IMG/VR virus record: IMGVR_UViG_3300042922_000906
Span: 40,054 to 104,053 of that record
DNA: 64,000 nucleotides
Direction: 5' to 3' (one strand)
DNA from: a virus
Lineage: Duplodnaviria > Heunggongvirae > Uroviricota > Caudoviricetes
The notes beneath the pieces were generated by a model. The model did no database searches. It saw nothing but the letters and a program-made list of their open reading frames with translations, and was not told where the DNA came from. Shown here piece by piece: positions 26,735 through 35,164 of this stretch; within the stretch, counting starts at the first letter, position 1; each line of letters opens with the position of its first letter. The position numbers were made by a program, and so were the translations under genes.

Positions 26735-27316
26735 GTGAGGTGTAAAATGGATTATAAAGCAATGTGTATTCATCAAGGATACGTACCTTCAACTTGTACT
26801 ATGGAAGGTCAAATGTGTTGGTTACTAGTTAATAGTCAAGGAGATCCATGTAAAGGATGTAATGAAAATAGAAGTAAATGTGGCGGCAGGTACGCTCCTT
26901 ATGAAAATAAAGATTATAGATTTATGTGCTTCTTAGATAAGTGGGATGAGATAGATAGAAAACAACGTGAAGAGAATGAAAAGAGACATAGAGAAATAAT
27001 CGAAAAAAGAAAAGATGGACATTTAAATGGATATACTAGAACCATTTTAGAAGTTAAATGGGAATTATTACATAAGAATAATCATATCGAAGTATTAGTT
27101 AAAGATTTAGTAGATGAAAAGGTTTATATTGCGAAATGTAGAGACATAGTTGAGATGTTACATGTCATAAAGCTTTCTTGTAGTAAATACAATGTGGAAC
27201 AAATTCATGTAGAAACTACTGCATGGGGACAATCTATTTATAATGAATTAAATAATAACATAAAAGACATAGATATTGTTCCATTAAAATATGTAAAAAT
27301 GGATTTATTTAATTAA
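26735..27316 (+). CDS. Cys-rich hypothetical protein
   Basis: ORF of 193 aa. Multiple Cys residues cluster in the N-terminal 60 aa. Confidence 0.35.
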   Translation: MRCKMDYKAMCIHQGYVPSTCTMEGQMCWLLVNSQGDPCKGCNENRSKCGGRYAPYENKDYRFMCFLDKWDEIDRKQREENEKRHREIIEKRKDGHLNGYTRTILEVKWELLHKNNHIEVLVKDLVDEKVYIAKCRDIVEMLHVIKLSCSKYNVEQIHVETTAWGQSIYNELNNNIKDIDIVPLKYVKMDLFN

Positions 27317-27337
27317 ATTAAAGGAGAATATTATAAT

Positions 27338-27679
27338 ATGAAAAGTTTTAATAATCTAAGTGAAGAAGAAAAATATTTATTTGAAGCGATAATGTCTGCT
27401 AGAAAAGTTCAAGAATTTCTTTGGGGCGAATGTAATGGTAGGTGGGGAATAGAAGAATGGAAAAGAATGTTCAGAAAAAGAATGGTTAAAATTGATGATA
27501 TTGATGTTAATAACCCTCATGCATTGGTTGAACTTAGAAAAAGAATTCTTCAAAATACAGCTTTAGGGATTGCATTGTTGAAAATTATTGATAATCCTGA
27601 AATTATGGTTAATTTGAAGAATGATCATTGTACTATCCCTTCTAACTTACCCCAATATGCAGAATCAACAAACCAATAA
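27338..27679 (+). CDS. hypothetical protein
   Basis: ORF of 113 aa with a GGAG SD. Confidence 0.35.
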   Translation: MKSFNNLSEEEKYLFEAIMSARKVQEFLWGECNGRWGIEEWKRMFRKRMVKIDDIDVNNPHALVELRKRILQNTALGIALLKIIDNPEIMVNLKNDHCTIPSNLPQYAESTNQ

Positions 27680-27706
27680 AAGCAACTGTTAGGTACTGGA
27701 GAAACT

Positions 27707-28012
27707 ATGATAATAAAAATCAAAAGCTTATTTTACAAGTGGAATGACTATTCTAGATGTCCAAAATGTAAAAGTAAAAAACAGAAAGAAACAAATATTG
27801 ATAGGCTTGTCGGATACGGTTCTGAAATTTTGGAATATGATATATTTTGTGCGGAGTGTGGACAATATTTAAATCATTATGCTTTTGGGCATTTTGAAAT
27901 ACCTGAAACCAAAACAGAAAATTTAAAATGGCTATGGTGTTGTGGTAAACCTGTAAGCATTAAAGGATACATAAGGACGATAATTGAAAGTATTAAGGTA
28001 ATTTTTGGATAA
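27707..28012 (+). CDS. zinc-ribbon protein
   Basis: CPKCKSK...CAECGQY is the visible zinc-ribbon arrangement. Confidence 0.35.
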   Translation: MIIKIKSLFYKWNDYSRCPKCKSKKQKETNIDRLVGYGSEILEYDIFCAECGQYLNHYAFGHFEIPETKTENLKWLWCCGKPVSIKGYIRTIIESIKVIFG

Positions 28013-28044
28013 TAAGAATATTATAAAGGAGTTGATTATTATAT

Positions 28045-28302
28045 ATGACAGATGCATTTAAATTTAATCTTACGTGTTTTAAAGAATCGGGAAAGTATTA
28101 CAATAAAAATACAATAGATGTACCAAAATATTTTACGTCCATGTACCAAGTTACAGATTGCATCAGACTTATGATTAATGCAGGTCAATTATCACCAAAC
28201 TTTTATTACCTTGTAGACTCAGATACAGTTGATTTTGCGTACCCTTGCCTTATTACTATAGACAGTATCAATACACCTAGAATACCATATCAAAAAATAT
28301 AG
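28045..28302 (+). CDS. hypothetical protein
   Basis: ORF of 85 aa with an AGGAG SD. Confidence 0.3.
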   Translation: MTDAFKFNLTCFKESGKYYNKNTIDVPKYFTSMYQVTDCIRLMINAGQLSPNFYYLVDSDTVDFAYPCLITIDSINTPRIPYQKI

Positions 28303-28313
28303 GAGGAATTAGT

Positions 28314-28463
28314 ATGACACATGGACAAGGCATTCAAAAGGCAATTTTAATTATCGAATCTCAGAAGGGTTTTGCAAAACTTTCAAAAAACAGTGAGAAA
28401 GCACTTGCACAGCTTGATGAAATCATAGAACATCTTAAGTTTGTAGGTCAGTTTTATATGTGA
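28314..28463 (+). CDS. small hypothetical protein (49 aa; not in the track)
   Basis: AGGAGG SD lies 7 nt before the ATG. Confidence 0.3.
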   Translation: MTHGQGIQKAILIIESQKGFAKLSKNSEKALAQLDEIIEHLKFVGQFYM

Positions 28464-28495
28464 TGCAAAAGAAACCAATAGAATTATCGTTTTTA

Positions 28496-29068
28496 TCAAA
28501 AAATAAATGGAATAATCTTATACTTACATTTTTTCATATATTCTTTGTATTCTTCTCCATAAAAATCAATTAATTTATCTTCCTCTTTGTCAACCATTAA
28601 CCGGCTAACAGGAATATACATAGCGACTATACCCACAGCTAACAAATATGGAGATGCTAGAATAAATCCAATACCTTCAAAAAAGAAACTAGAGTATATA
28701 GGATGACGCACAATAGAGTAGACACCCGAAGTAATTAACTCAGCATTTGTGTTAGGAGTGCTTGAATCTGCCCAGTTGGTGTTTAATTGCTTTAAAGCGA
28801 AAAAATGAAATGCAAAAGCTATTCCCAATATTATGAAAGAATGTGTAATATGTTTATAAAAAAATGAATATGTAAATTTATAACAAAGATATAGATTTGA
28901 TGTGACAGCAACTATTATAACTATGATTAGAGCTATATCTTTCCAAGTGGTTTTAGTTTTAGATTGAGCTTTTTTCTTATTCTTGTACGAAGTCATGAAT
29001 TGGGTAACAACCATAGCGATCATTAATGTCAAAGCAATTAATCCTAATACAATATCCAACATAATCAT
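28496..29068 (-). CDS. membrane methyltransferase of the ICMT/PEMT family
   Basis: Multi-TM protein with the RHPIY motif and a C-terminal E...E region typical of isoprenylcysteine carboxyl / phospholipid methyltransferases. It is the only well-supported minus-strand gene. Confidence 0.55.
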   Translation of the reverse strand: MIMLDIVLGLIALTLMIAMVVTQFMTSYKNKKKAQSKTKTTWKDIALIIVIIVAVTSNLYLCYKFTYSFFYKHITHSFIILGIAFAFHFFALKQLNTNWADSSTPNTNAELITSGVYSIVRHPIYSSFFFEGIGFILASPYLLAVGIVAMYIPVSRLMVDKEEDKLIDFYGEEYKEYMKKCKYKIIPFIF

Positions 29069-29217
29069 TACCTCTAAATTGAAATTTATGTGTATTATAT
29101 TAAACTACAACCTCAATGTCAAATAAATACATAAAAATTCCTCTTTATTTATTTAAAACAATGACATATAATAATATCATAAAACGAACAAATGTTCGAA
29201 AATAGGAGCTGATTAAT

Positions 29218-29526
29218 ATGCCATTTGGCTATGAAGTAAAAGAGCAGGAGAAGAAAAATAATGAGATGCATTTTTCTGGTTATAAAAAGAAATATGTAGA
29301 TGTTCAATGTTTATATACTAAAGAGCCTAAAGTTATCCCTTTAATTATTTATTTTGATGAGTATCATAAGTATGAAGTCGATAAAGTTATTGATGTGAGA
29401 AAAGGCGCGTCTTTAAAAGTTGGAGGACAAGGTTTAAGATTTACTGTAAGAGTATGTGGGAAAGAAACTTTTCTTTTCTACGATAGCTGTGATAATAAAT
29501 GGTTTGTGGAAGAAAAGCCGAAGTAA
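29218..29526 (+). CDS. hypothetical protein
   Basis: ORF of 102 aa with an AGGAG SD. Confidence 0.35.
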   Translation: MPFGYEVKEQEKKNNEMHFSGYKKKYVDVQCLYTKEPKVIPLIIYFDEYHKYEVDKVIDVRKGASLKVGGQGLRFTVRVCGKETFLFYDSCDNKWFVEEKPK

Positions 29527-29535
29527 ATAGAAAGG

Positions 29536-29760
29536 ATGATTATTATAAATAATTCAAGTGAATGTTTGAAGTGTGGTTTAGAAAAATTAAAGAAAGAGTT
29601 TGAGGATATAAGGTTAAAACATCAAATTGAAGGATTGAAATATAAAACTGTAATAAATTCTAATGGTTTTTTCCATGAGTTGATGCTAAATAGCCTACAG
29701 GATGATATATTTATTACTATTTTAAAAGCTAGAGGTTATGATGTAATTAAAAAATTTTAA
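29536..29760 (+). CDS. hypothetical protein
   Basis: ORF of 74 aa. Confidence 0.3.
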   Translation: MIIINNSSECLKCGLEKLKKEFEDIRLKHQIEGLKYKTVINSNGFFHELMLNSLQDDIFITILKARGYDVIKKF

Positions 29761-29803
29761 CCTGTAAGGTTAATTATTAATATACATAAAAGGAGAAAAT
29801 TTT

Positions 29804-30094
29804 ATGAGAGATGGCGAACCTTGTAATCACAAAGGATGTCTAAGTCATATTTCGCACCCATGTGAAGGCTGTGGAAGAATTGCAGGAAGAAATATATTAG
29901 AATCCAAGAATGAAGTAGAAGCCTATTTTAATTTGAAGGATATTAATAATGCATGTATGTCTAAACGTGAAATGTATAAGGCACTTTCAGGCAAATCTGT
30001 TAAATGTACTTATATTGAAAAAGATGAAATGGGATTATTTGCGGTTGAATTACAAGATAATAATACTTATATTCTTGATCAGCTAACGCTATAA
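29804..30094 (+). CDS. Cys/His zinc-binding hypothetical protein
   Basis: CNHKGCLSHISHPCEGCG is the visible zinc-binding arrangement. AGGAG SD. Confidence 0.35.
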   Translation: MRDGEPCNHKGCLSHISHPCEGCGRIAGRNILESKNEVEAYFNLKDINNACMSKREMYKALSGKSVKCTYIEKDEMGLFAVELQDNNTYILDQLTL

Positions 30095-30132
30095 ATTGAC
30101 ATTTTATGTTCTAAGAAAGGACGTGAAATTAG

Positions 30133-30336
30133 TTGGATAATTGGAATTTCAATGAAAAGATGATATTTATGTGGAGTTTAGTTTTAGTATTGATGCTTTT
30201 AGATTTGTTTATACCTAATTCTTTCTATTTAAATTTTATCAATCAAGAACATGTTTTTAAAGATTTATTGTTTATCATTGTATTTGCAGGATTAATTGGA
30301 AGTATAATCTGTAAATTTACCAGAAAGGAAGACTAA
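30133..30336 (+). CDS. small membrane protein (2 TM)
   Basis: ORF of 67 aa with two hydrophobic helices. Confidence 0.3.
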   Translation: MDNWNFNEKMIFMWSLVLVLMLLDLFIPNSFYLNFINQEHVFKDLLFIIVFAGLIGSIICKFTRKED

Positions 30337-30337
30337 A

Positions 30338-30505
30338 TTGATTTGTAAAAGATGCAATAATATAATATGTTTGTGTGCATTTTCAGAGGGTAATTGTAAA
30401 ATTTGTAACAAAAAAATAATAACATCACATATTCCATGTCATGATGTATGCAAGGAATGTAGTTTGAAAAATAATGTATGTGAGCAATGTGGTGAGTCGT
30501 TATGA
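30338..30505 (+). CDS. Cys-rich 55-aa protein with a TTG start
   Basis: AAAGGAAG SD lies 5 nt before the TTG. Ten Cys residues are arranged as CxxC-type pairs. Not in the track. Confidence 0.35.
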   Translation: MICKRCNNIICLCAFSEGNCKICNKKIITSHIPCHDVCKECSLKNNVCEQCGESL

Positions 30506-30939
30506 TAATCGAATATACATATTCTCAAAATGATTTAAAAAGAGATGTTATGGCTGTAAATGGTTGAAACTTAACCAGTATGACAGTTGGAATGGTAGGT
30601 GTGAATGTGAGTTTAATAAAGTAAAGTTTAGGCAAAGAAGTATTACTGATAAAGCACCACCTTACCATTTTTTATCCAATATGAAGTATATCTAATTTCC
30701 ATTATGAACTCTGCTAAAGACTCACTTTCAAAACACTCATTACAAACAAATCCTTTTTCTTTTTCACGAATCATATATACATATGTTCTAATATCTAATT
30801 TATTGTCCATATTAAACCTCATTAACAACTTCTGTCTGCATTTTTACAACCTGGTAGTTGTTCCTATTCCTGTTAAGATTTTAAAGGAAAAATAGGCATT
30901 AAAATCAGAATTTTATTGGGTAATTGGAAGGAGTACTTT

Positions 30940-31161
30940 ATGGCTAAATTATATAAAGTAGAGATGTATATATTAGATATAAATGAATCGCATAAAGATA
31001 TTTGTGAGCTTTGTGATAATATGTCTATTGATTTAGATTTAGTCTATTTACAGCCGTTTGATCAACAGGTGAGGCAGCTTGATTGGCATGATGAAATTGA
31101 CTTAAATAAAACTGGTTGCACAAAAGCAACTTATGAAAAATATTTTAAAGATAATTCTTGA
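30940..31161 (+). CDS. hypothetical protein (start moved to the ATG behind the GGAAGGAG SD)
   Basis: The tracked ORF begins at an upstream TTG. The ATG at 30940 has the strong SD. Confidence 0.35.
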   Translation: MAKLYKVEMYILDINESHKDICELCDNMSIDLDLVYLQPFDQQVRQLDWHDEIDLNKTGCTKATYEKYFKDNS

Positions 31162-31186
31162 CAATTTTTAACTACAATATTATAAT
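31158..31186 (+). promoter_or_regulatory. sigma-A-type promoter (TTGACA, 17 nt spacer, TATAAT)
   Basis: Consensus hexamers with the conserved spacer ATTTTTAACTACAATAT. Confidence 0.55.
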
Positions 31187-31304
31187 ATAATTGTGGTTGA
31201 GAAAATGAATTTTAAATGTATTTTTTAATGCATAAAGAGTTTTAAAGCATGTTAAGAGTGCATTAGGCAAAAAAGTTTATTTACTAATAAAGCGAGGTGA
31301 GAGA

Positions 31305-31535
31305 TTGAGAAATTGGATTAAAGTAGCAATAGGGTTGTTTATAATATTTTTTCTATTTGCTAATCCCTATACAAGAATGATCGTTTTGTTTTTACTTCCA
31401 TTAGGTTCAGGCTTTGATGATTTAATTGAAATAGTAGCTTTGGTTTTATTGATAATATTAGGTATCTATAAAATCATAGAGAATTGGGATTACATAGTTG
31501 ATTGGTTTAAATATGATTATAAAAATAAATATTGA
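31305..31535 (+). CDS. small membrane protein
   Basis: ORF of 76 aa with two TM helices. Confidence 0.3.
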   Translation: MRNWIKVAIGLFIIFFLFANPYTRMIVLFLLPLGSGFDDLIEIVALVLLIILGIYKIIENWDYIVDWFKYDYKNKY

Positions 31536-32476
31536 TTAGGAGAATAAAAATGAAAAATATTAAAAAGTTATTGGTTTTAGTTTTAATAATTGTGTTAAGT
31601 ATAAGTTTTACAGGATGTTATCACTGGAGTGAAGTAAGTTCAAATCAAATAGGTTTACAAATGGATGATGGAGTAACAATATCCAAGGTTGTAAATTCTG
31701 GAAGATATACAGATTGGGGTTGGTTTGCAAATATTGAAAAGATAGATACATCTGCAAAGACCGTAATATGGGAAGACCCTGATATGTGGACTTCAGACAA
31801 GCAACCAGTTAAGTTTAAAATTTCTGTTACATATTCAAGAAGTAGAGATGAAAAGGCAGCTAAAATATTATGGGAAAAATATAATTCTGAGGCCACAGAT
31901 GACAAAACACTACAGCAACTTGTTACGACTCGAATTCCAAGAGTAGCAAAACAAGTAACTACAAGTATGACACTAGACCAGATGTTGGGAATTACTTCTG
32001 AAAATTCAGCAGCCAACACCAATGAAGAAAAGGGAAGAGAACTGCTTCAAGATAATATGTCAAAATTATTAAAAGAAGAGTTAAGTGAATGTGGTATTGA
32101 TTTGTTAGATGTAGGTGTTAATGATATAGGCGTGGACGAAGATTATGCTAAACAGCTTAAAGAAAAAGCAGTATCTAAAGTAGCTTCAGAGGTTTCAAAA
32201 GAAAAAACTGCACAATTAAATGAACAGTTAAACCAAGAAAAAGCACAAACACTTATTGATCAAGAAGTTGCAAACAGAAAAAACAATGTGTTGGGTAAAG
32301 AAAACGAAATTTATTTAACAAATCCGAGAGCGTATGAACTGGAAAGATTAAGATTACTAAAAGATGTAATCGGGGATAGTGATAAAATCTATTTTGTTCC
32401 ATCTGATGCAGATTTGAATTTGGTATTGTCGGGTTCTGGTAATGTTAGCGTCCCGATAGATAATAAAGAAAAGTAG
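31532..32476 (+). CDS. lipoprotein with a coiled-coil C-terminal half
   Basis: Signal peptide plus a lipobox (LVLIIVLSISFTGC). Length 314 aa. Confidence 0.5.
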   Translation: MIRRIKMKNIKKLLVLVLIIVLSISFTGCYHWSEVSSNQIGLQMDDGVTISKVVNSGRYTDWGWFANIEKIDTSAKTVIWEDPDMWTSDKQPVKFKISVTYSRSRDEKAAKILWEKYNSEATDDKTLQQLVTTRIPRVAKQVTTSMTLDQMLGITSENSAANTNEEKGRELLQDNMSKLLKEELSECGIDLLDVGVNDIGVDEDYAKQLKEKAVSKVASEVSKEKTAQLNEQLNQEKAQTLIDQEVANRKNNVLGKENEIYLTNPRAYELERLRLLKDVIGDSDKIYFVPSDADLNLVLSGSGNVSVPIDNKEK

Positions 32477-32704
32477 AATAATATAGTATATCGTTTGTAG
32501 GTAACGTATAACCTTCAATCCATAAGGATGTAACAAAATGGCTAATGTGCATGACTTTGACTCATGAAATAGAGTTTCGATTACTCTCATCCTTGCCAAT
32601 AACATCGTGTAATTGCTGTTGTGCTTTGTTATTCATGTGTACCCTCCTTTTTTTGAAAGCGTTTGTAGGTATCGCTTGAGAAATCAGAATAACCTTCAGA
32701 TATA

Positions 32705-32780
32705 TTGCGGATTAGCCAAGTAGGTAAGGCAGTAGATTTTGATTCTATCATACTCAGGTTCAAGTCCTGAATCCGTAGCC
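32705..32780 (+). tRNA. tRNA-Gln (anticodon UUG), CCA encoded
   Basis: Hand-folded cloverleaf. Acceptor stem TGCGGAT/ATCCGTA with a U1:A72 pair and G73, as in bacterial tRNA-Gln. U8 is present. The D-arm has GG in its loop. Anticodon stem GTAGA/TCTAT with loop TTTTGAT (U33, UUG, A37). T-arm TCAGG-TTCAAGT-CCTGA. The 3' CCA lies at 32778-32780. Confidence 0.8.
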
Positions 32781-33156
32781 AATTAATTTAATAAAGGTGA
32801 CTGAAAGTTTAGGGTTAAGGCTTAGACAAAACCAATAAACGATGATGAGTAACGAGGGTGACAGCTTATATGTCTTGAATATACCTAAAGTGGGTATCTA
32901 GGAAGATTAGTTGAAATGATACATACTACTTCCAAAAACTATAATAATTTGACGTGATACTGTGTCTAGGATATTTTGAATATTACTAGAATCGTGAAAA
33001 TTGGAGTTACTAATTAAGTCGGCCGAAGTAGTCAATATAAGTGAACGTGCTATATAAGCTAAATGGTTCTACCTGTATTAAATTAAATACCATAAAATGG
33101 ACATTTTAATGTGTGATTAAATAAAATATTATACATAAGGAAGGAAATAGAAAAAA

Positions 33157-34440
33157 ATGAAAGAATTATTAGAGGTTAAAATACTAATTGATAAGATTGC
33201 AGAGACATCTAGTAGGAATGAAAAAGAAGCAATACTAAAAGATTATAAAGCAGTTCCACTATTTAGAGAAATTTTATACTTTGTTTATTCACCATATATT
33301 CTTACAGGAATAAGCAAGAAGAAAATATCTAAACAGGTTGGTATGATTAATGGTTTTAGTAAACCACAAAACATAAAAGAATTAATGGATTATCTAAGAA
33401 TACATAATTCTGGTAGAGATGTTGATATATCAACATGTGAATGCTTTTATACAAACTTTGATAATGAACTTCAAGACTTTATTAAAAAGATTGTTACTAA
33501 AGATGTGGTTATTGGAATTACTGCCGACAGTATAAATAAGGCATTTGGTGAAGAGTTTATTCCAACATTTGATGTTATGTTGGCAAAGAAATATGATGAA
33601 CATAAAGACAAAGTTAAAGGGAATTTTGTAATAACTCAGAAACTTGACGGAAATAGAATTGTGCTTATTAAAGAGAACGGTTTGATAAAAACATTCACTA
33701 GACAGGGAAAACAATATGAAGGTTTGGAAGAAATAGAATCTGACTTTAAAGATATTCCAATTGATAATATTGTATTTGATGGCGAATTAATTGCTGATGT
33801 AAAAGGAAGTACACATGAAATATATACTGAAACTACAAGTAAGGCAAGAAGTAAGGGAAGCAATAAAACAGGATTGTTATTTTATGTGTTTGATGTTTTA
33901 CCTTTGAAAGAATTTCAAAGTGGCAAATCAAATTTAAATGCCATACAAAGAAAATTGAACTTGAGTGATATTTTTAATAAATTTACTTTGCAACATTGTA
34001 TTGAGGTTAAACCATTATATACTGGCTCTGATGTTACTCAAATCGATAAGTGGATGGAATATGCTAATCAAAACGCATGGGAAGGTTTAATGATTAATCT
34101 TGATAAGCCCTATGTTTGTAAGAGAACAGATTCTATTTTAAAAGTTAAAGGCATGAATACATGCGATCTGAAAGTAATAGGTTTCGAAGAAGGAACTGGA
34201 AGAAATGAAGGAAAACTAGGTGCTTTGTTGGTAGGTTATAAGGGTTATACAGTTGGTGTTGGTAGCGGATTTACTGATGCAGACAGAGATTATATTTGGA
34301 ATCATTTAAAAGAATATGATGGTAAAATAGTTGAAATCCAATATTTCGAAGAATCTAAAAACCAAGATGGTGGATTATCATTAAGATTTCCTGTATTCCT
34401 TAGAAAGAGAGAAGAAGGTAAGGAAGTGAGTTATAATTAA
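33157..34440 (+). CDS. ATP-dependent DNA ligase
   Basis: Motif I QKLDGNR (KxDG), motif III VFDGELI, motif IV WEGLMI and motif V ILKVKG are all present, with a C-terminal OB-fold region. Length 427 aa. Confidence 0.85.
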   Translation: MKELLEVKILIDKIAETSSRNEKEAILKDYKAVPLFREILYFVYSPYILTGISKKKISKQVGMINGFSKPQNIKELMDYLRIHNSGRDVDISTCECFYTNFDNELQDFIKKIVTKDVVIGITADSINKAFGEEFIPTFDVMLAKKYDEHKDKVKGNFVITQKLDGNRIVLIKENGLIKTFTRQGKQYEGLEEIESDFKDIPIDNIVFDGELIADVKGSTHEIYTETTSKARSKGSNKTGLLFYVFDVLPLKEFQSGKSNLNAIQRKLNLSDIFNKFTLQHCIEVKPLYTGSDVTQIDKWMEYANQNAWEGLMINLDKPYVCKRTDSILKVKGMNTCDLKVIGFEEGTGRNEGKLGALLVGYKGYTVGVGSGFTDADRDYIWNHLKEYDGKIVEIQYFEESKNQDGGLSLRFPVFLRKREEGKEVSYN

Positions 34441-34442
34441 TA

Positions 34443-35093
34443 ATGAAGTGTGAAGTATGTAATTCAGAAGATAGAGTTTGTTTTAATAAAATTACGCAAA
34501 AATATCTTTGTGGGAGACATAGACAACAAGTAAGTAAAAATGGAAAAGTATTACTTTATACATGCTATGATAAAAATAATATAATAACATATAATGATTG
34601 TGCTGAAATAGTATTGCTTGATAAAAATTATGTTGAAATTGCGAGAGCGAAGATATCTTTAAATAGAATAGAAAAAGTAAAACTATATAGTTGGCGTCTA
34701 CAAGACTATAATAATCCAAAAGATTCTTATGTTGTAGCGAAACACAATAAACAAGCAATTTTATTACATAGATATTTATTAGATGCTAAAGAAAATGAAG
34801 TTGTTGATCATATTAACAGAGATAAATTAAATAATTTAGATGAAAATCTAAGAAAAGTTTGTACATCAGAGAATCAAGTTAATAAAGGTATAATGTCAAA
34901 TAATACTTCTGGCGTTACAGGTGTAACTTGGGATAGGTTAAGAGATAAATGGAAAGTTTCACTAAATATTTATAATAAATGTTATAACTTAGGAAGATAT
35001 GATAACTTTGATGATGCTGTAAGAGTTAGATTAGATGCAGAAAAGTTGTATCATAAAGAATTTATCCCAATTGAAAGACAAGAACATACATAA
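34443..35093 (+). CDS. HNH homing endonuclease with a C-terminal AP2 DNA-binding domain
   Basis: HNH core VVDHINRDKLNNLDENLRKVCTSENQ. AP2 segment SGVTGVTWDRLRDKWKVSL...LGRYDNFDDAVRVRLDAEKLYH. The gene abuts the DNA ligase stop. Confidence 0.8.
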   Translation: MKCEVCNSEDRVCFNKITQKYLCGRHRQQVSKNGKVLLYTCYDKNNIITYNDCAEIVLLDKNYVEIARAKISLNRIEKVKLYSWRLQDYNNPKDSYVVAKHNKQAILLHRYLLDAKENEVVDHINRDKLNNLDENLRKVCTSENQVNKGIMSNNTSGVTGVTWDRLRDKWKVSLNIYNKCYNLGRYDNFDDAVRVRLDAEKLYHKEFIPIERQEHT

Positions 35094-35164
35094 GAAAAAT
35101 AATAGGTGTAGAGTAAAGTAAGTTATAAACTAAAATATAATAATACATAAGAGAGGGTAAAAAC

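Noticed and set aside
30643-30828. 61-aa minus-strand ORF (contains a CxxC pair) between + strand genes
   Set aside because: Possible, since it overlaps no + gene. The only SD-like sequence is weak (GAAG), and the tracked start is a TTG two codons upstream of the ATG. Left uncalled pending conservation evidence.
31645-32022. 125-aa minus-strand ORF inside the lipoprotein gene
   Set aside because: Antisense to a confidently coding + gene with no SD. Shadow ORF.
32357-32605. 82-aa minus-strand ORF spanning the end of the lipoprotein gene and the intergenic region
   Set aside because: It overlaps the 3' end of 31532..32476 and has no SD. The shorter 24-codon minus ORF 32562..32636 has a good SD but is too short to call without conservation evidence.
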